A DNA stretch of 64,000 bases from assembly GCA_965261735.1 (NCBI GenBank), contig OZ253470.1, forward strand, positions 2,144,001 through 2,208,000. Direction: 5' to 3'. Position numbers and translations under genes: made by a program. How positions within the stretch are numbered: the first letter of the stretch is position 1; each line of letters opens with the position of its first letter. Under the pieces are notes generated by a model. The model was not told the origin of the DNA and ran no database searches. It saw nothing but the letters and a program-made list of their open reading frames with translations. Positions 30,454 through 40,082 of this stretch are shown piece by piece. The stretch comes from Alphaproteobacteria bacterium (GTDB lineage: Bacteria; Pseudomonadota; Alphaproteobacteria; SHVV01).

Positions 30454-31548
30454 ATGACCGAGGTCACGGCCGCGGTTCTCGAGGAGACCGAGGGTGCCTT
30501 TCGGCTCCAGTCTCTCGACCTCGACGAGCCGCGCGAGGACGAGGTCCTGGTGCGTATCGTGGCGGCCGGCATCTGCCACACCGATTCCGGCGTCCAGGCG
30601 TTGGTGCCCAAGCCGGCGGTGCTCGGCCATGAGGGCGCGGGTGTGGTCGAGCGGGTCGGCTTGCGGGTGACCCGAGTGAGGCCCGGCGATCACGTCGTGC
30701 TGACCTTCGGCAGCTGCGGCGCCTGTCCGGGCTGCGCGGGCGGCACGCCGCACCTGTGCGAGAATGGGCATGCGTTGCAATTCGCCTGCCGGCGCGGCGA
30801 CGGCAGCACCACCCTGTCGACACCGCAGCACCCGGTCTTTGGTGCGTTCTTCCAGCAATCCTCGTTCGCCACGCACGCGCTGGCGACCGAGCGCAACGCG
30901 GTCGTCGTGGCGCGCGACGTCCCGCTCGAATTGCTCGGCCCGCTGGGTTGCGGTTTTCAGACCGGCGCCGGCGCGGTCATGAACTCGCTCGATGTGCGTG
31001 CCGGTCAGAGCCTCGCGGTGTTCGGCGTCGGCGCCGTCGGCCTGAGCGCGGTGATGGCGGGCGCGGTCGTCGGTGCGGCGCCGATCGTAGCCATCGACGT
31101 CAACGCGGCACGGCTCGATCTCGCGCGCGCGCTCGGCGCGACGCACGCCCTCAACGCCGATGTGGGCGACGTGGCCGACGAGATAGGGGCCATCACCGGC
31201 CGCGGCGTCGATGCCGCGCTCGAAACCTCGGGCGTCGAGCAGTCGTTCAACGACGCCATCGCGTGCCTCGCCATGGGCGGCGCCTGCGGCTTGGTCACCA
31301 TCCCCCATATCGGCACCACCTTTCCCTTCACCCCGCGCGGGCTATTGGGCAAGGCGGCGAGCTTGCGCGGCGTTATCGAGGGCTCGAGCGTGCCCGAGAC
31401 CTTCATACCGCAGCTGATCGAGCTCTACCGCGAGGGCCGCTTTCCCATGGATCGCCTCGTCACGTACTACCCGTTCGCCGAGATCAACTCCGCGTTCCGG
31501 GATGCCGCCGCCGGCACCGCGATTAAGCCGATCCTGCGTATGGCGTAA
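30454..31548 (+). CDS. Zn-dependent aryl-alcohol dehydrogenase-like
   Basis: GICHTD, GHEGAG, four-Cys Zn site, GPLGCGFQTGAG. Confidence 0.9.
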   Translation: MTEVTAAVLEETEGAFRLQSLDLDEPREDEVLVRIVAAGICHTDSGVQALVPKPAVLGHEGAGVVERVGLRVTRVRPGDHVVLTFGSCGACPGCAGGTPHLCENGHALQFACRRGDGSTTLSTPQHPVFGAFFQQSSFATHALATERNAVVVARDVPLELLGPLGCGFQTGAGAVMNSLDVRAGQSLAVFGVGAVGLSAVMAGAVVGAAPIVAIDVNAARLDLARALGATHALNADVGDVADEIGAITGRGVDAALETSGVEQSFNDAIACLAMGGACGLVTIPHIGTTFPFTPRGLLGKAASLRGVIEGSSVPETFIPQLIELYREGRFPMDRLVTYYPFAEINSAFRDAAAGTAIKPILRMA

Positions 31549-31568
31549 GCGCGTGGAGCCAGGCGGCT

Positions 31569-32339
31569 TCAGCCCACCACGCCGAAGCCCTTGGCCGCGT
31601 TCCACAGGAAGAGCAGGCCGCCGAGGGTGACCACGACCTCGACGACGAGCGTGTGAATCCGGATCGAGGTGCGCTCGAGGATCCAGCGGCCGACGAAAGT
31701 GCCGGGCAGGGCGCACAGGCCGACGAGCACGCCGGCCAGTGCCATGCCGCCATCGAGCGTCGCCAAGCTCCCGAACACGACCGTCTTGGTGAAATTGAGC
31801 GTGACGGCGATGGCCGCCAGCGTGGCGACCAGCTGCCCGCCAACGACACCGGTGCCGAGCAGGAAGGGGACCAGCATCATACCGGCGCCGATGGTGCCGC
31901 CGGCGAGCACGCCCCAGCTGCCGCCGAGCACCGCGAGGGTGGCGCGGCCGGCGCGAAACCTGCGCCGTTCGAGATAGCGCCGGAGCGGTGCCGTGCCGAT
32001 CAGCAACAGCCCGAGCACGAGCGCGATCGCGTGTGCCGGCAGGTAGTTGTAGATCGCGGCGCCGATGATGATGGCCGGCAGGCCGCTGATCATGATGGCG
32101 CGATAGGTGGGCCAATCGATGGCGTGGCGAAAAACCCAGGCGCGGCTCGTATGATTGATGAGCAGCACCACCGACATGACCGGCACCAAGGCCTTGACGC
32201 CGATGACGGGCGCGAGCACCAGGGCCAGGAGAATGCCGCCGGCGAACCCGCTGACGCTCTGGAAGATTGACGCCGCGAAGGCCGCCAGCGCGACGATCAG
32301 CAACGCCAGCGGCGCGATATCGGCCAGGAATGCGGGCAT
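31569..32339 (-). CDS. TauE/SafE (TSUP) family membrane protein
   Basis: SVSGFAGG repeat pattern, ~8 TM helices. Confidence 0.8.
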   Translation of the reverse strand: MPAFLADIAPLALLIVALAAFAASIFQSVSGFAGGILLALVLAPVIGVKALVPVMSVVLLINHTSRAWVFRHAIDWPTYRAIMISGLPAIIIGAAIYNYLPAHAIALVLGLLLIGTAPLRRYLERRRFRAGRATLAVLGGSWGVLAGGTIGAGMMLVPFLLGTGVVGGQLVATLAAIAVTLNFTKTVVFGSLATLDGGMALAGVLVGLCALPGTFVGRWILERTSIRIHTLVVEVVVTLGGLLFLWNAAKGFGVVG

Positions 32340-32399
32340 CGTGAATCTAGCCGTCAGTAGCCCGTGCCCGTTGGGGCCCGGCGTGCGCGCCGGCGCTGG

Positions 32400-33254
32400 C
32401 TAGAAATTCCCGGATTGGTAATCGCGGATGGCCTGCTCGATCTCGGCGCGGGTGTTCATGACGAATGGGCCATACTGCACGATCGCTTCGTCGAGCGGGC
32501 GCCCGGCGACGACGAGGAGGCGCGCGCCGTTCGCACCGGCGGCGAGCGCGACGCCGTCGCCCGCGCCCAGTACCGCCAAGGTGCCCGCGCCCACGGTTTG
32601 ACCCGCGCCCCCGCCGCCGCCGCCGATGTTGGCCTCGCCCTCGAAGACGTAAGCGAACGCCGTGTGCGCCTCCGGGAGGGGGACCACGTAGGCGGTGCCC
32701 GCCGGCATCGCCAGGTCGAGATAGAGGGGGGCGGCCGCGATGCCGCGCACCGCGCCCTCGATACCCTCGGCCTCGCCCGCGATTACGCGGACGCGAATGC
32801 CGTCCTCGCGGGCGACCTCCGGGATCTCGTGGGCCTCCAGGTTCTGGTAGCGCGGCGCGCACATCTTGTCGGCCGCGGGCAGGTTGACCCAGAGCTGGAA
32901 GCCGCGCATCAAACCGTCGCGCTGCTCCGGCATCTCCGAGTGGACGATGCCGCGCCCGGCGGTCATCCATTGCACCCCGCCGGGCCCGAGCAGGCCGTTC
33001 TCGCCGGCGTTGTCCTCGTGGCGCATGAGGCCGGCCAACATGTAGGTCACGGTCTCGAAGCCGCGATGCGGATGGGTCGGGAAGCCGGCGATGTAGTCGG
33101 CGCCTTCCTCGGAGCCGAACTCGTCGAGCAGCAGGAACGGGTCGAGATGGCGCTGGTCGTGGCCGCCGATGCTGCGCCGCAGCTTGACGCCGGCGCCATC
33201 GCTGGTGGCGCGCGAGGGCACCAGCTTGAGGACGTCGCGAAGCGCTTGGGTCAT
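32400..33254 (-). CDS. Pirin family protein
   Basis: DPFLLLD, HPHRGFETVTY, GIVHSE, GPFVMN. Confidence 0.92.
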   Translation of the reverse strand: MTQALRDVLKLVPSRATSDGAGVKLRRSIGGHDQRHLDPFLLLDEFGSEEGADYIAGFPTHPHRGFETVTYMLAGLMRHEDNAGENGLLGPGGVQWMTAGRGIVHSEMPEQRDGLMRGFQLWVNLPAADKMCAPRYQNLEAHEIPEVAREDGIRVRVIAGEAEGIEGAVRGIAAAPLYLDLAMPAGTAYVVPLPEAHTAFAYVFEGEANIGGGGGGAGQTVGAGTLAVLGAGDGVALAAGANGARLLVVAGRPLDEAIVQYGPFVMNTRAEIEQAIRDYQSGNF

Positions 33255-33282
33255 GTCGTGCGAGCGAGCGCGCCGCGCGCGG

Positions 33283-34230
33283 CTAGCGCCAGCCGGCCAC
33301 GGCGGAGGGGCAGCCGTTGGCCGTGGCCGCGTTGATCGCCGCCGGAACCTCGCCGGCGAGCGACCACGAGTCCGAATCCTCCGGCGCCCTGAAGACCTGG
33401 CCGCGCTCGGTGGCGATCCAGGCCGCGCCGTTGGCGAAAAGGACGACCGGCACCCGGTCGTGCTCCGTCGGCAGGGGCGCGCCCTCGACCTCGCGCCACC
33501 GCTTGCCGGCGTCGCGCGAGAGGTAGACGCGGCCCGCGCGGCCCGGCGGACCCGTGCCGGCGGCGACCAGCACCTCGCCCGCCCGCTGTGGATTGACGTG
33601 CAGGCCGACGGTATAGCGCAGCGCCATTCCTTCCATCCGCGCCTCCCACGAGGCGCCGCCGTCCTCGCTCGCATAGAAGCCGCCGCCGGTGACGGCGAGC
33701 AGCCGGCCGGGGTGCGAAGGGTCGGGCCGCACCGCATGGACGTCGGTGTGCACGCCTGTACTGAGCTCGCGCCAGGTCTCGCCGCGATCGTCGGACAGGA
33801 GGACGCCGCCAACCTCGACGCCGGCGAGGACGCTGTCGGGCGCCTCGGGCAGGCTATCGATCGAGCGCACGTGGGGCGCGCCCGGCGGCGCCGGGAAGTA
33901 CCAGCTCGCGCGGCTCGGCAGTTCGTCGATGTGACCCAGGCGCTGCCACGTGCGCCCGGCATTGGTGCTGCGATGGATCATCGCCGGCTCGGTCCCGACA
34001 TAGAGGTGGCCGGCTGGCGAGACGGCGCAGGCGCGCGCATCCCCCTGCCACAGGCAGCGCTCGCCCTCGGTCCCGAGCTCGTACAGCCCGTCCTGTGGCG
34101 CCGCCGCGACGACGGCGCTGTTTCGCCTCGCCACATGGCTGATCCGCTTGCCGGCGCAACCGAGCCGGCTCGCCGCGCCGCCGTCGTCGAGCTGCCAGAC
34201 GCCGTCGCTGGTGCCGAAAACGACTGTCAT
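33283..34230 (-). CDS. BNR/Asp-box beta-propeller protein
   Basis: Repeated S.D.G.TW boxes (STNAGRTW, SDDRGETW, SEDGGASW, SRDAGKRW). Confidence 0.8.
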   Translation of the reverse strand: MTVVFGTSDGVWQLDDGGAASRLGCAGKRISHVARRNSAVVAAAPQDGLYELGTEGERCLWQGDARACAVSPAGHLYVGTEPAMIHRSTNAGRTWQRLGHIDELPSRASWYFPAPPGAPHVRSIDSLPEAPDSVLAGVEVGGVLLSDDRGETWRELSTGVHTDVHAVRPDPSHPGRLLAVTGGGFYASEDGGASWEARMEGMALRYTVGLHVNPQRAGEVLVAAGTGPPGRAGRVYLSRDAGKRWREVEGAPLPTEHDRVPVVLFANGAAWIATERGQVFRAPEDSDSWSLAGEVPAAINAATANGCPSAVAGWR

Positions 34231-34307
34231 CAAAGGCGCTCCCCTCGTGGGCTCTGTTCCCCCTTACCCACCATAACAAAGTCGATATCGCATGCGAACG
34301 CGGGTGC

Positions 34308-35006
34308 TCAACGCGCGGGCGGTGGCGCGAGTCGGCTCGGCTCGCGGCCGCCGAGCCGCCTGCGCTCGGCCTCAGGCAGAACGTGCACCGAGACCGTGGC
34401 GTAGAGGCCGAGGTCCATGCCGCGCATCATGAGGCGGATGAAGTCGCCCAGAGCCTCGAGCAGGCGCGCGTTGCGCGTGCCGCCGCAATCGACCGGGGTG
34501 AAGCCGATCTCGCGCGCGAGCTCCATCGCGGTGCTTCGCGCGTCGGCGTCCTCGCCGCACACGAAGCACGAGACGTCGTGCTCCTTGAGCGGGCTCGGCG
34601 ACAGCTCGAAGACTTCCTGGGCCATGGTGTTGAAGGCCTTGACCACGTTCGCGCCCGGTACGTCGGCGGCGATGCGCTCGGTTAGCGATTCGCCGGCGAT
34701 GGTCTCGAACGCGAAGCCCGGCGGGATCACGCCGTTGTTGCAGTCGATGAGGGTCTTGCCCTCGAGCGCCGCGGTCGAGGACAGCATGGCCGACGGTAGG
34801 ACGTCGCGCGCCGTATGCAGCACCACCGCACCGAATGCGGCGGCCTCATCGAGCGTCCCACCCTGGCAGCCGTGGCCGGCGGCCTGCGCGACGCCCCGCG
34901 CCCGGCTCGCCTCGCGCGAGCCGAAAAAGACTTCGTGACCCAATTCGGCCCACAGCGTACCCAACGAGCGGCCCATGTTGCCGCTCCCCAAAATGCCGAT
35001 TTTCAT
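34308..35006 (-). CDS. NADPH-dependent F420 reductase-like dinucleotide-binding protein
   Basis: MKIGILGSGNMG, VVKAFNT. Confidence 0.85.
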   Translation of the reverse strand: MKIGILGSGNMGRSLGTLWAELGHEVFFGSREASRARGVAQAAGHGCQGGTLDEAAAFGAVVLHTARDVLPSAMLSSTAALEGKTLIDCNNGVIPPGFAFETIAGESLTERIAADVPGANVVKAFNTMAQEVFELSPSPLKEHDVSCFVCGEDADARSTAMELAREIGFTPVDCGGTRNARLLEALGDFIRLMMRGMDLGLYATVSVHVLPEAERRRLGGREPSRLAPPPAR

Positions 35007-35116
35007 TGTTCGTCCTCCCGACGCATGTCCGGATCGTAACCCGAGACAGCCGGCGGAGTCCGGGTGCGGCCTCGCGGCGGGCCTCGCCTTATTGATTGCG
35101 CGCGTAGGTTGGGATG

Positions 35117-35216
35117 TCACCCCCACCCAACCCTCCCCCATCAAGGGGGAGGGCGGAAACTGGACATGGCGCGATGAATCCCCCTCCCCTGGTGGGAGGG
35201 GGTAGGGGGAGGGGGA
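35117..35216. repeat. Composite palindromic intergenic repeat (REP/MITE-like)
   Basis: CCCTCCCCCATCAAGGGGGAGGG and CCCCTCCCCTGGTGGGAGGGGG hairpins with complementary C-rich/G-rich outer arms. Confidence 0.7.
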
Positions 35217-35570
35217 GCGATAATGAAGCCCTCACCCTGGCAACCGAATGCTGGGGGTCTCGGGGTGGGTGGACGCAGCTCGGCCCGGTCTTGGCCTAGC
35301 TATCGAGCCAGTGTGAGAAGGTCGGGCGCAGCTCCCGCCTTTTGAGCAGGTCTCCGAGCCAGCTCACGACGTGGGTAGCGAGGGTCTTGGCCCCGGCCGA
35401 GGCGCCGCAGCGGCCGTCCGCCGCGCGGGGGTCGCGCCGCGTACCGTAATCTCTCGTTTCCACCATCGGATACTCCTCTTCTCGGCTTACCAAACTATTT
35501 GGTGACCCTAAAAGGGGACCGCAAGTGACAACCGTCACATGGGCGTCAAATAATGGCGGGCGCCAAGGCC

Positions 35571-36761
35571 TTAGGCCCGTCTCACCAGGCCCTCCATCGC
35601 GCGCGCGCCGCGGCTGTTGGGAAAGATCCGGTCCTCGAGCGCGGCTTCGCTCACGCCCAAATGGTCATGCAGCAGGCCCTTGAAGATGCCGCGGTAGTCG
35701 TTTGCGGGCATGACGTCTCGCCCGTCCAGTAGTGCGCGCCGGGTGAGGCCCGGCCAGGTGCCGGCAATGCGCCCGCCATCGACGGCGCCGCCTAAAACCA
35801 GGGCGAGGCCGCCGACCCCATGATCGGTGCCGCGGCTGCCGTTCTCGGCGACGGTGCGACCGAACTCGGAGACGACCGCGATCACGGTTTCGTCCCAGGC
35901 GCCGCCGAGGGTCTCCGCCAGCGCGGCGATTCCCGAGGCGAGGTTGGTCAGCAGGTTGTTGAGCCGATTGACCTGGCCGGCATGGGTGTCCCACCCGCCG
36001 ACCTCGAGGACCGCGACGCGCGGCCCGTCGCGCGATGCGAGCAGCTGTCCCGCCGCCTTGCCGGAGGTGGCGAAGTACTGTCTTGGCCCGCCCCGCCGGC
36101 GATCCATCGCCATACTCGGCGCGGAGGAGGCGCGCGCCTGCGCGAACGCGGCCTTGAAGAGCGGATCGCCTTCGTACACGAAACTGAGCCATTCGAGCGT
36201 CTGGTCGCCCGCTTTGGGGAGGCGCGAGGGGGCCCAGGTCTGGACCTCCGTAGCGCCGCGCAAGACGAGCGGAATCGTATGGCCGACGGCGAGGCCCAGG
36301 CGCGCGCCCGTGGGCGCGGCCATCTCGGCCAGAGCCCGGTTGAGCCAGCCGTCCCTGGCGCCGAAGGGCGTGTCAGAGCCGTTCTCGAGGACGTCCTGGC
36401 CGTCGAAGTGGGAGCGCTCGCGATAGCCGGTGGTCGCCGCCCGGATGATGGCGAGCCGCCGGTCGCGATACATCGCGTACAACGGCTCGAGCGCCGGGTG
36501 GAGGCCGAAATAGCCGTCGAGGTCGATGGCGCCCTCGGCGCCCGGTGGCGGCACCGCGAGATGGGGCCGAGCCTTGCGGTAGTCCCTGTCGGCATAGGGC
36601 GGTACCGCGTGCAGCGCGTCCAGGCCGCCGCGCAGGATGACGACCACGAGCCGCTTGTCGGTGGGCGCGCGGGCGAAGGCGGCGCCCATCGGCAGCAACG
36701 AGCCGTAGAGCGCCGCGCCGCCCACACCGCCAAGCATCCCGCGCCGCGAAATCATCGTCAT
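35571..36761 (-). CDS. DUF1501 family protein (Tat-like signal)
   Basis: SRRGML, ILRGGLD, RSHFDGQ, GGWDTH, SEFGRT, GTDHG. Confidence 0.9.
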   Translation of the reverse strand: MTMISRRGMLGGVGGAALYGSLLPMGAAFARAPTDKRLVVVILRGGLDALHAVPPYADRDYRKARPHLAVPPPGAEGAIDLDGYFGLHPALEPLYAMYRDRRLAIIRAATTGYRERSHFDGQDVLENGSDTPFGARDGWLNRALAEMAAPTGARLGLAVGHTIPLVLRGATEVQTWAPSRLPKAGDQTLEWLSFVYEGDPLFKAAFAQARASSAPSMAMDRRRGGPRQYFATSGKAAGQLLASRDGPRVAVLEVGGWDTHAGQVNRLNNLLTNLASGIAALAETLGGAWDETVIAVVSEFGRTVAENGSRGTDHGVGGLALVLGGAVDGGRIAGTWPGLTRRALLDGRDVMPANDYRGIFKGLLHDHLGVSEAALEDRIFPNSRGARAMEGLVRRA

Positions 36762-38117
36762 CTCCTCTGAAACTCCGGACTCGCGAGAACGAGGGTGAGG
36801 GCCTCCTCGCCCGAGGGCGCCGCGTCGATCGCCTCCTGCGTGGCAGGCGAGATCACCGGGCCGATCGTTTCACCCACGAACGTCGCCACCGATCGCGATC
36901 GGGGCACGCGCGCGGCCATCGCCCGCACCCACTCGATGCGCCGCATCAGCGCCTCGGGCGAGATCCAGTCGCTCGCCGTGTCGGGCCACCCCTGCGGCGA
37001 GGGCGCGTGCCAGGGCACCTGCCCGAGCTCGTGGAAGGTCCCGATGAAGGCGCGCGCGGGTAGCGAGTCGATGGCGGTCGCGCGCAGGGCCGAGATCACG
37101 AGCTCGTGGGGGCGCTTCACTTTGGGCAGCGGCGTGGCCCAGACCGCGTCGATCGTGATCAGCGCGCGGCTCACGGCGGCCAAATCGCCGTCGGTTTCAA
37201 GGAAGGTCGTCGCCAGTCGGGAGATCGCCTCGGCGGGTGGATCGTCGGCGATGAAGTGGCGCGCGAGCTTGGTGGCGATAAACCGGGCGGTCGAGGGATG
37301 GCGCGCGAGATCGCTCAGGGCGTCGGCCGCCTCGCGCTCGCCGTTTTCGCGGTAGCTCCTGCCGAGGAGTCGCTTGCGGCCGGGCTCGTGGGCGGCCTCG
37401 CGAAACTCGAACCCGCCATGGACCGCGCCAAGGCGCCGCACGGACCGCTTGTCGCGAATGCCGCCGTGCGACCAGCCGGTGAGGATCTTGGCGAGCGCGA
37501 TCACGTCGTCCTGCGTGTAGCCGCCGCCCACGCCGAGCGTATGGAGCTCGAGGATTTCGCGCGCCAGGTTCTCGTTGAGGCCGCGCCCCGAGCGTCGGCC
37601 GATGAGCGAGCCGGGGCCGATGGACAGCGCATTGTCGAGGTAGGACAACATGACCGGGTGACGGGCGACGGCGAGCAGCATGTCGTGAAAACGGCCGAAG
37701 ACGTGCGGTCGGATCGCTTCGCGCTCGTAGGCGGCGGCCGTCGGCCCGATGGGAAACCTGGCTCCCGAGACCGTGAAGTGGTTGCTCCAGAACGCGACCA
37801 TGCGCTCGGCGAAGGGCGCGCGCGTGCGCAGCTGGGCCTGCGCGTGGGCCGCCACTTCGCGGACGAGGAGGTCGCGCAGCACTTCGTCGGTGAGCCGCTT
37901 GAGGGTTTGCGGGCCCTCGATGCGCGCCTCGTGGATGCGCTTGATCGTATCGGCCGACAGGCGGTAGGCCTAGGAGCTCCGCAGGCATTTGCGGGCGCGG
38001 CGCGATCTGTCGCTTGAGCCACGCATGGGGATCGCGGTCGACGGAGGTGAGCTCGCCCGGCCGCGGGCCGAGGCCAAATCGATTGGTGGCGATGAACGCC
38101 TGAACCGATTGCATCAT
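36758..38117 (-). pseudogene. DUF1800 family protein with one frameshift near 37955 (pseudogene or assembly indel)
   Basis: NRFGLGPRPGE in one frame; FWSNHFTVS, YLDN, NENLAREILELHTLG in the other. Confidence 0.85.
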
Positions 38118-38180
38118 CGATGTTAACACGGGCCCGACCCGCCTTTTCCGTCGCGGCCCGCGCTGTTTCCGGTCGACACG

Positions 38181-40019
38181 CTATGACGCGCGATCGTACC
38201 TGAAGCCAGCAATCGCTTCCAGGAAGGGCGCGGCCAAGTCCTCGAGCTTGGCCGCGCCGACCCCATGGATGGCGGCGAATTCGCTGCGGTCGCGCGGGCG
38301 CGAGAGCGCCATGTCGGCGAGCGATCTGTCGGCGAAGATGACGTAGGCGGGCACGCCGCGCTCTTGCGCGAGGGCGAGGCGCAGCTCCTTGAGGGCCCCG
38401 AGCAGCGCGGCTTGCTCGTCCGAGAGCTCCGGCGCCGGTCGCTCGGGCCGGCCCTTGTCGCGCGCTTTTGCCACGCCCTCTATCGTATCGTGGCGATAGC
38501 GGAAGCTCTCCTCGCCCCTCGCCAGCGCCTGGCCTTTGTCGGTGATCGCGAGCCCGCCATAGCCCTTGACATCGACCTGAAGGAATCCAGCCGCCACGAG
38601 TTGGCGGATCAACGACCGCCATTCCTCCTTCCTGCGCTCGCCGCCGGCGCCGAAGACGGGCAGCCGGTCATGGCCCGCGGCGACGGCCTTGTCGGTCGCC
38701 GTTCCGCGTAGCACGTCGACGATGTGCGCGGCGCCAAAGCGCTGCCCGGTGCCGTGCACGGTCGAGAGGATCTTCTGGGCCTCCGTCGTGCCCTCGATCA
38801 TCTCGATCGGGTCGAGGCAGACGTCACAGTTGCCGCACGGCTCGATCGCCTCGCCGAAATAGGCGAGCAGCGCGCGACGGCGGCAGCTCGGCGCTTCGCA
38901 ATAGCCGATCAGCGCGTCGAGGCGCCGGTGCTCGCGCCGCTTGCGGTCTTCGCCGGCGTCCTCCTCCTCGATGAAGACCCGCCGCATGCGGATGTCGCCG
39001 AGGCCGTACAGCATGTGCGCCTCGGCGGCCGTGCCGTCGCGCCCGGCACGGCCGATCTCCTGATAGTACGCCTCGACGCTGCCCGGCAGGTCGGCGTGGA
39101 AGACGAAGCGCACGTCCGACTTGTCGATCCCCATGCCGAAGGCGATGGTCGCCACCATGACGACGCCCGGCGCGGTCATGAAGCGGTCCTGGTTGCTATC
39201 GCGCGCCCCCTTGTCCATGCCCGCGTGGTAGGGCAGGGCGGCGACCCCATTGGCGGCGAGGAAGGCGGCCGCTGCTTCCGTTTTCTTCCGCGACAGGCAG
39301 TAGACGATGCCGCTCTCGCCGGGGTGGCCCTTGAGGAAGGTGAGGAGCTGCCGCTTCCACTCGCGCTTGATCTCGACCGAGAGCTTGATGTTCGGGCGGT
39401 CAAACCCGAGGACGACCGCCTCGGCGCGACCAGCGAACAGCCGGTCGGCGATGTCCTCGCGGGTGAGTGCGTCAGCCGTCGCCGTGAGGGCCGCTATGGG
39501 GACGCCGGGAAAAAGCCCCGGCAGCCGCGAGAGGTCCTCATATTCGGGCCGGAAAGCGGGCCCCCATTGCGAGATGCAGTGGGCCTCGTCGATGGCGAAG
39601 AGCCCGACGCCGACCCGCCCCAGGGCCGCCAACATGCGCTCCGTCATCAAGCGCTCGGGCGCCATGTAGAGGAGCCGCGTCTCTCCGGCGGCGACGCGGC
39701 GCCATGCGGCGACGTTATCGGCGCGATCGCGCGAGGAGTTGATGGTATCGCAGGCGACGCCGGCGAGCCGTAGCGCGGCGACCTGATCGTGCATCAGGGC
39801 GACGAGCGGCGAGACGACCACCGTGAGCCCGCCGAGAATGAGCGCCGGCACCTGGAAACACAGCGACTTGCCCGAGCCCGTCGGCATGACGGTGAGCACG
39901 CTGCGGCCGGCGAGCAACGCATCCACGACTCGTTCCTGCCCAGGACGGAAGTCCGCGAAACCGAAGACCTCGCTCAGGACTTGGCGCTTGGTGTCGCGAT
40001 GGTTGGGGTTGGGCTGCAT
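38181..40019 (-). CDS. recQ: DNA helicase RecQ
   Basis: MPTGSGKS, DEAHCISQWG, YYQEIGRAGRDG, Zn-binding CGNCDVC, RQC and HRDC domains. Confidence 0.95.
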   Translation of the reverse strand: MQPNPNHRDTKRQVLSEVFGFADFRPGQERVVDALLAGRSVLTVMPTGSGKSLCFQVPALILGGLTVVVSPLVALMHDQVAALRLAGVACDTINSSRDRADNVAAWRRVAAGETRLLYMAPERLMTERMLAALGRVGVGLFAIDEAHCISQWGPAFRPEYEDLSRLPGLFPGVPIAALTATADALTREDIADRLFAGRAEAVVLGFDRPNIKLSVEIKREWKRQLLTFLKGHPGESGIVYCLSRKKTEAAAAFLAANGVAALPYHAGMDKGARDSNQDRFMTAPGVVMVATIAFGMGIDKSDVRFVFHADLPGSVEAYYQEIGRAGRDGTAAEAHMLYGLGDIRMRRVFIEEEDAGEDRKRREHRRLDALIGYCEAPSCRRRALLAYFGEAIEPCGNCDVCLDPIEMIEGTTEAQKILSTVHGTGQRFGAAHIVDVLRGTATDKAVAAGHDRLPVFGAGGERRKEEWRSLIRQLVAAGFLQVDVKGYGGLAITDKGQALARGEESFRYRHDTIEGVAKARDKGRPERPAPELSDEQAALLGALKELRLALAQERGVPAYVIFADRSLADMALSRPRDRSEFAAIHGVGAAKLEDLAAPFLEAIAGFRYDRAS

Positions 40020-40082
40020 ATGGACACTATAGCGGCGTGCACGAGCCGTCCGGCGTCCGGCTCTTGCGACTGCCGGGCGTGC

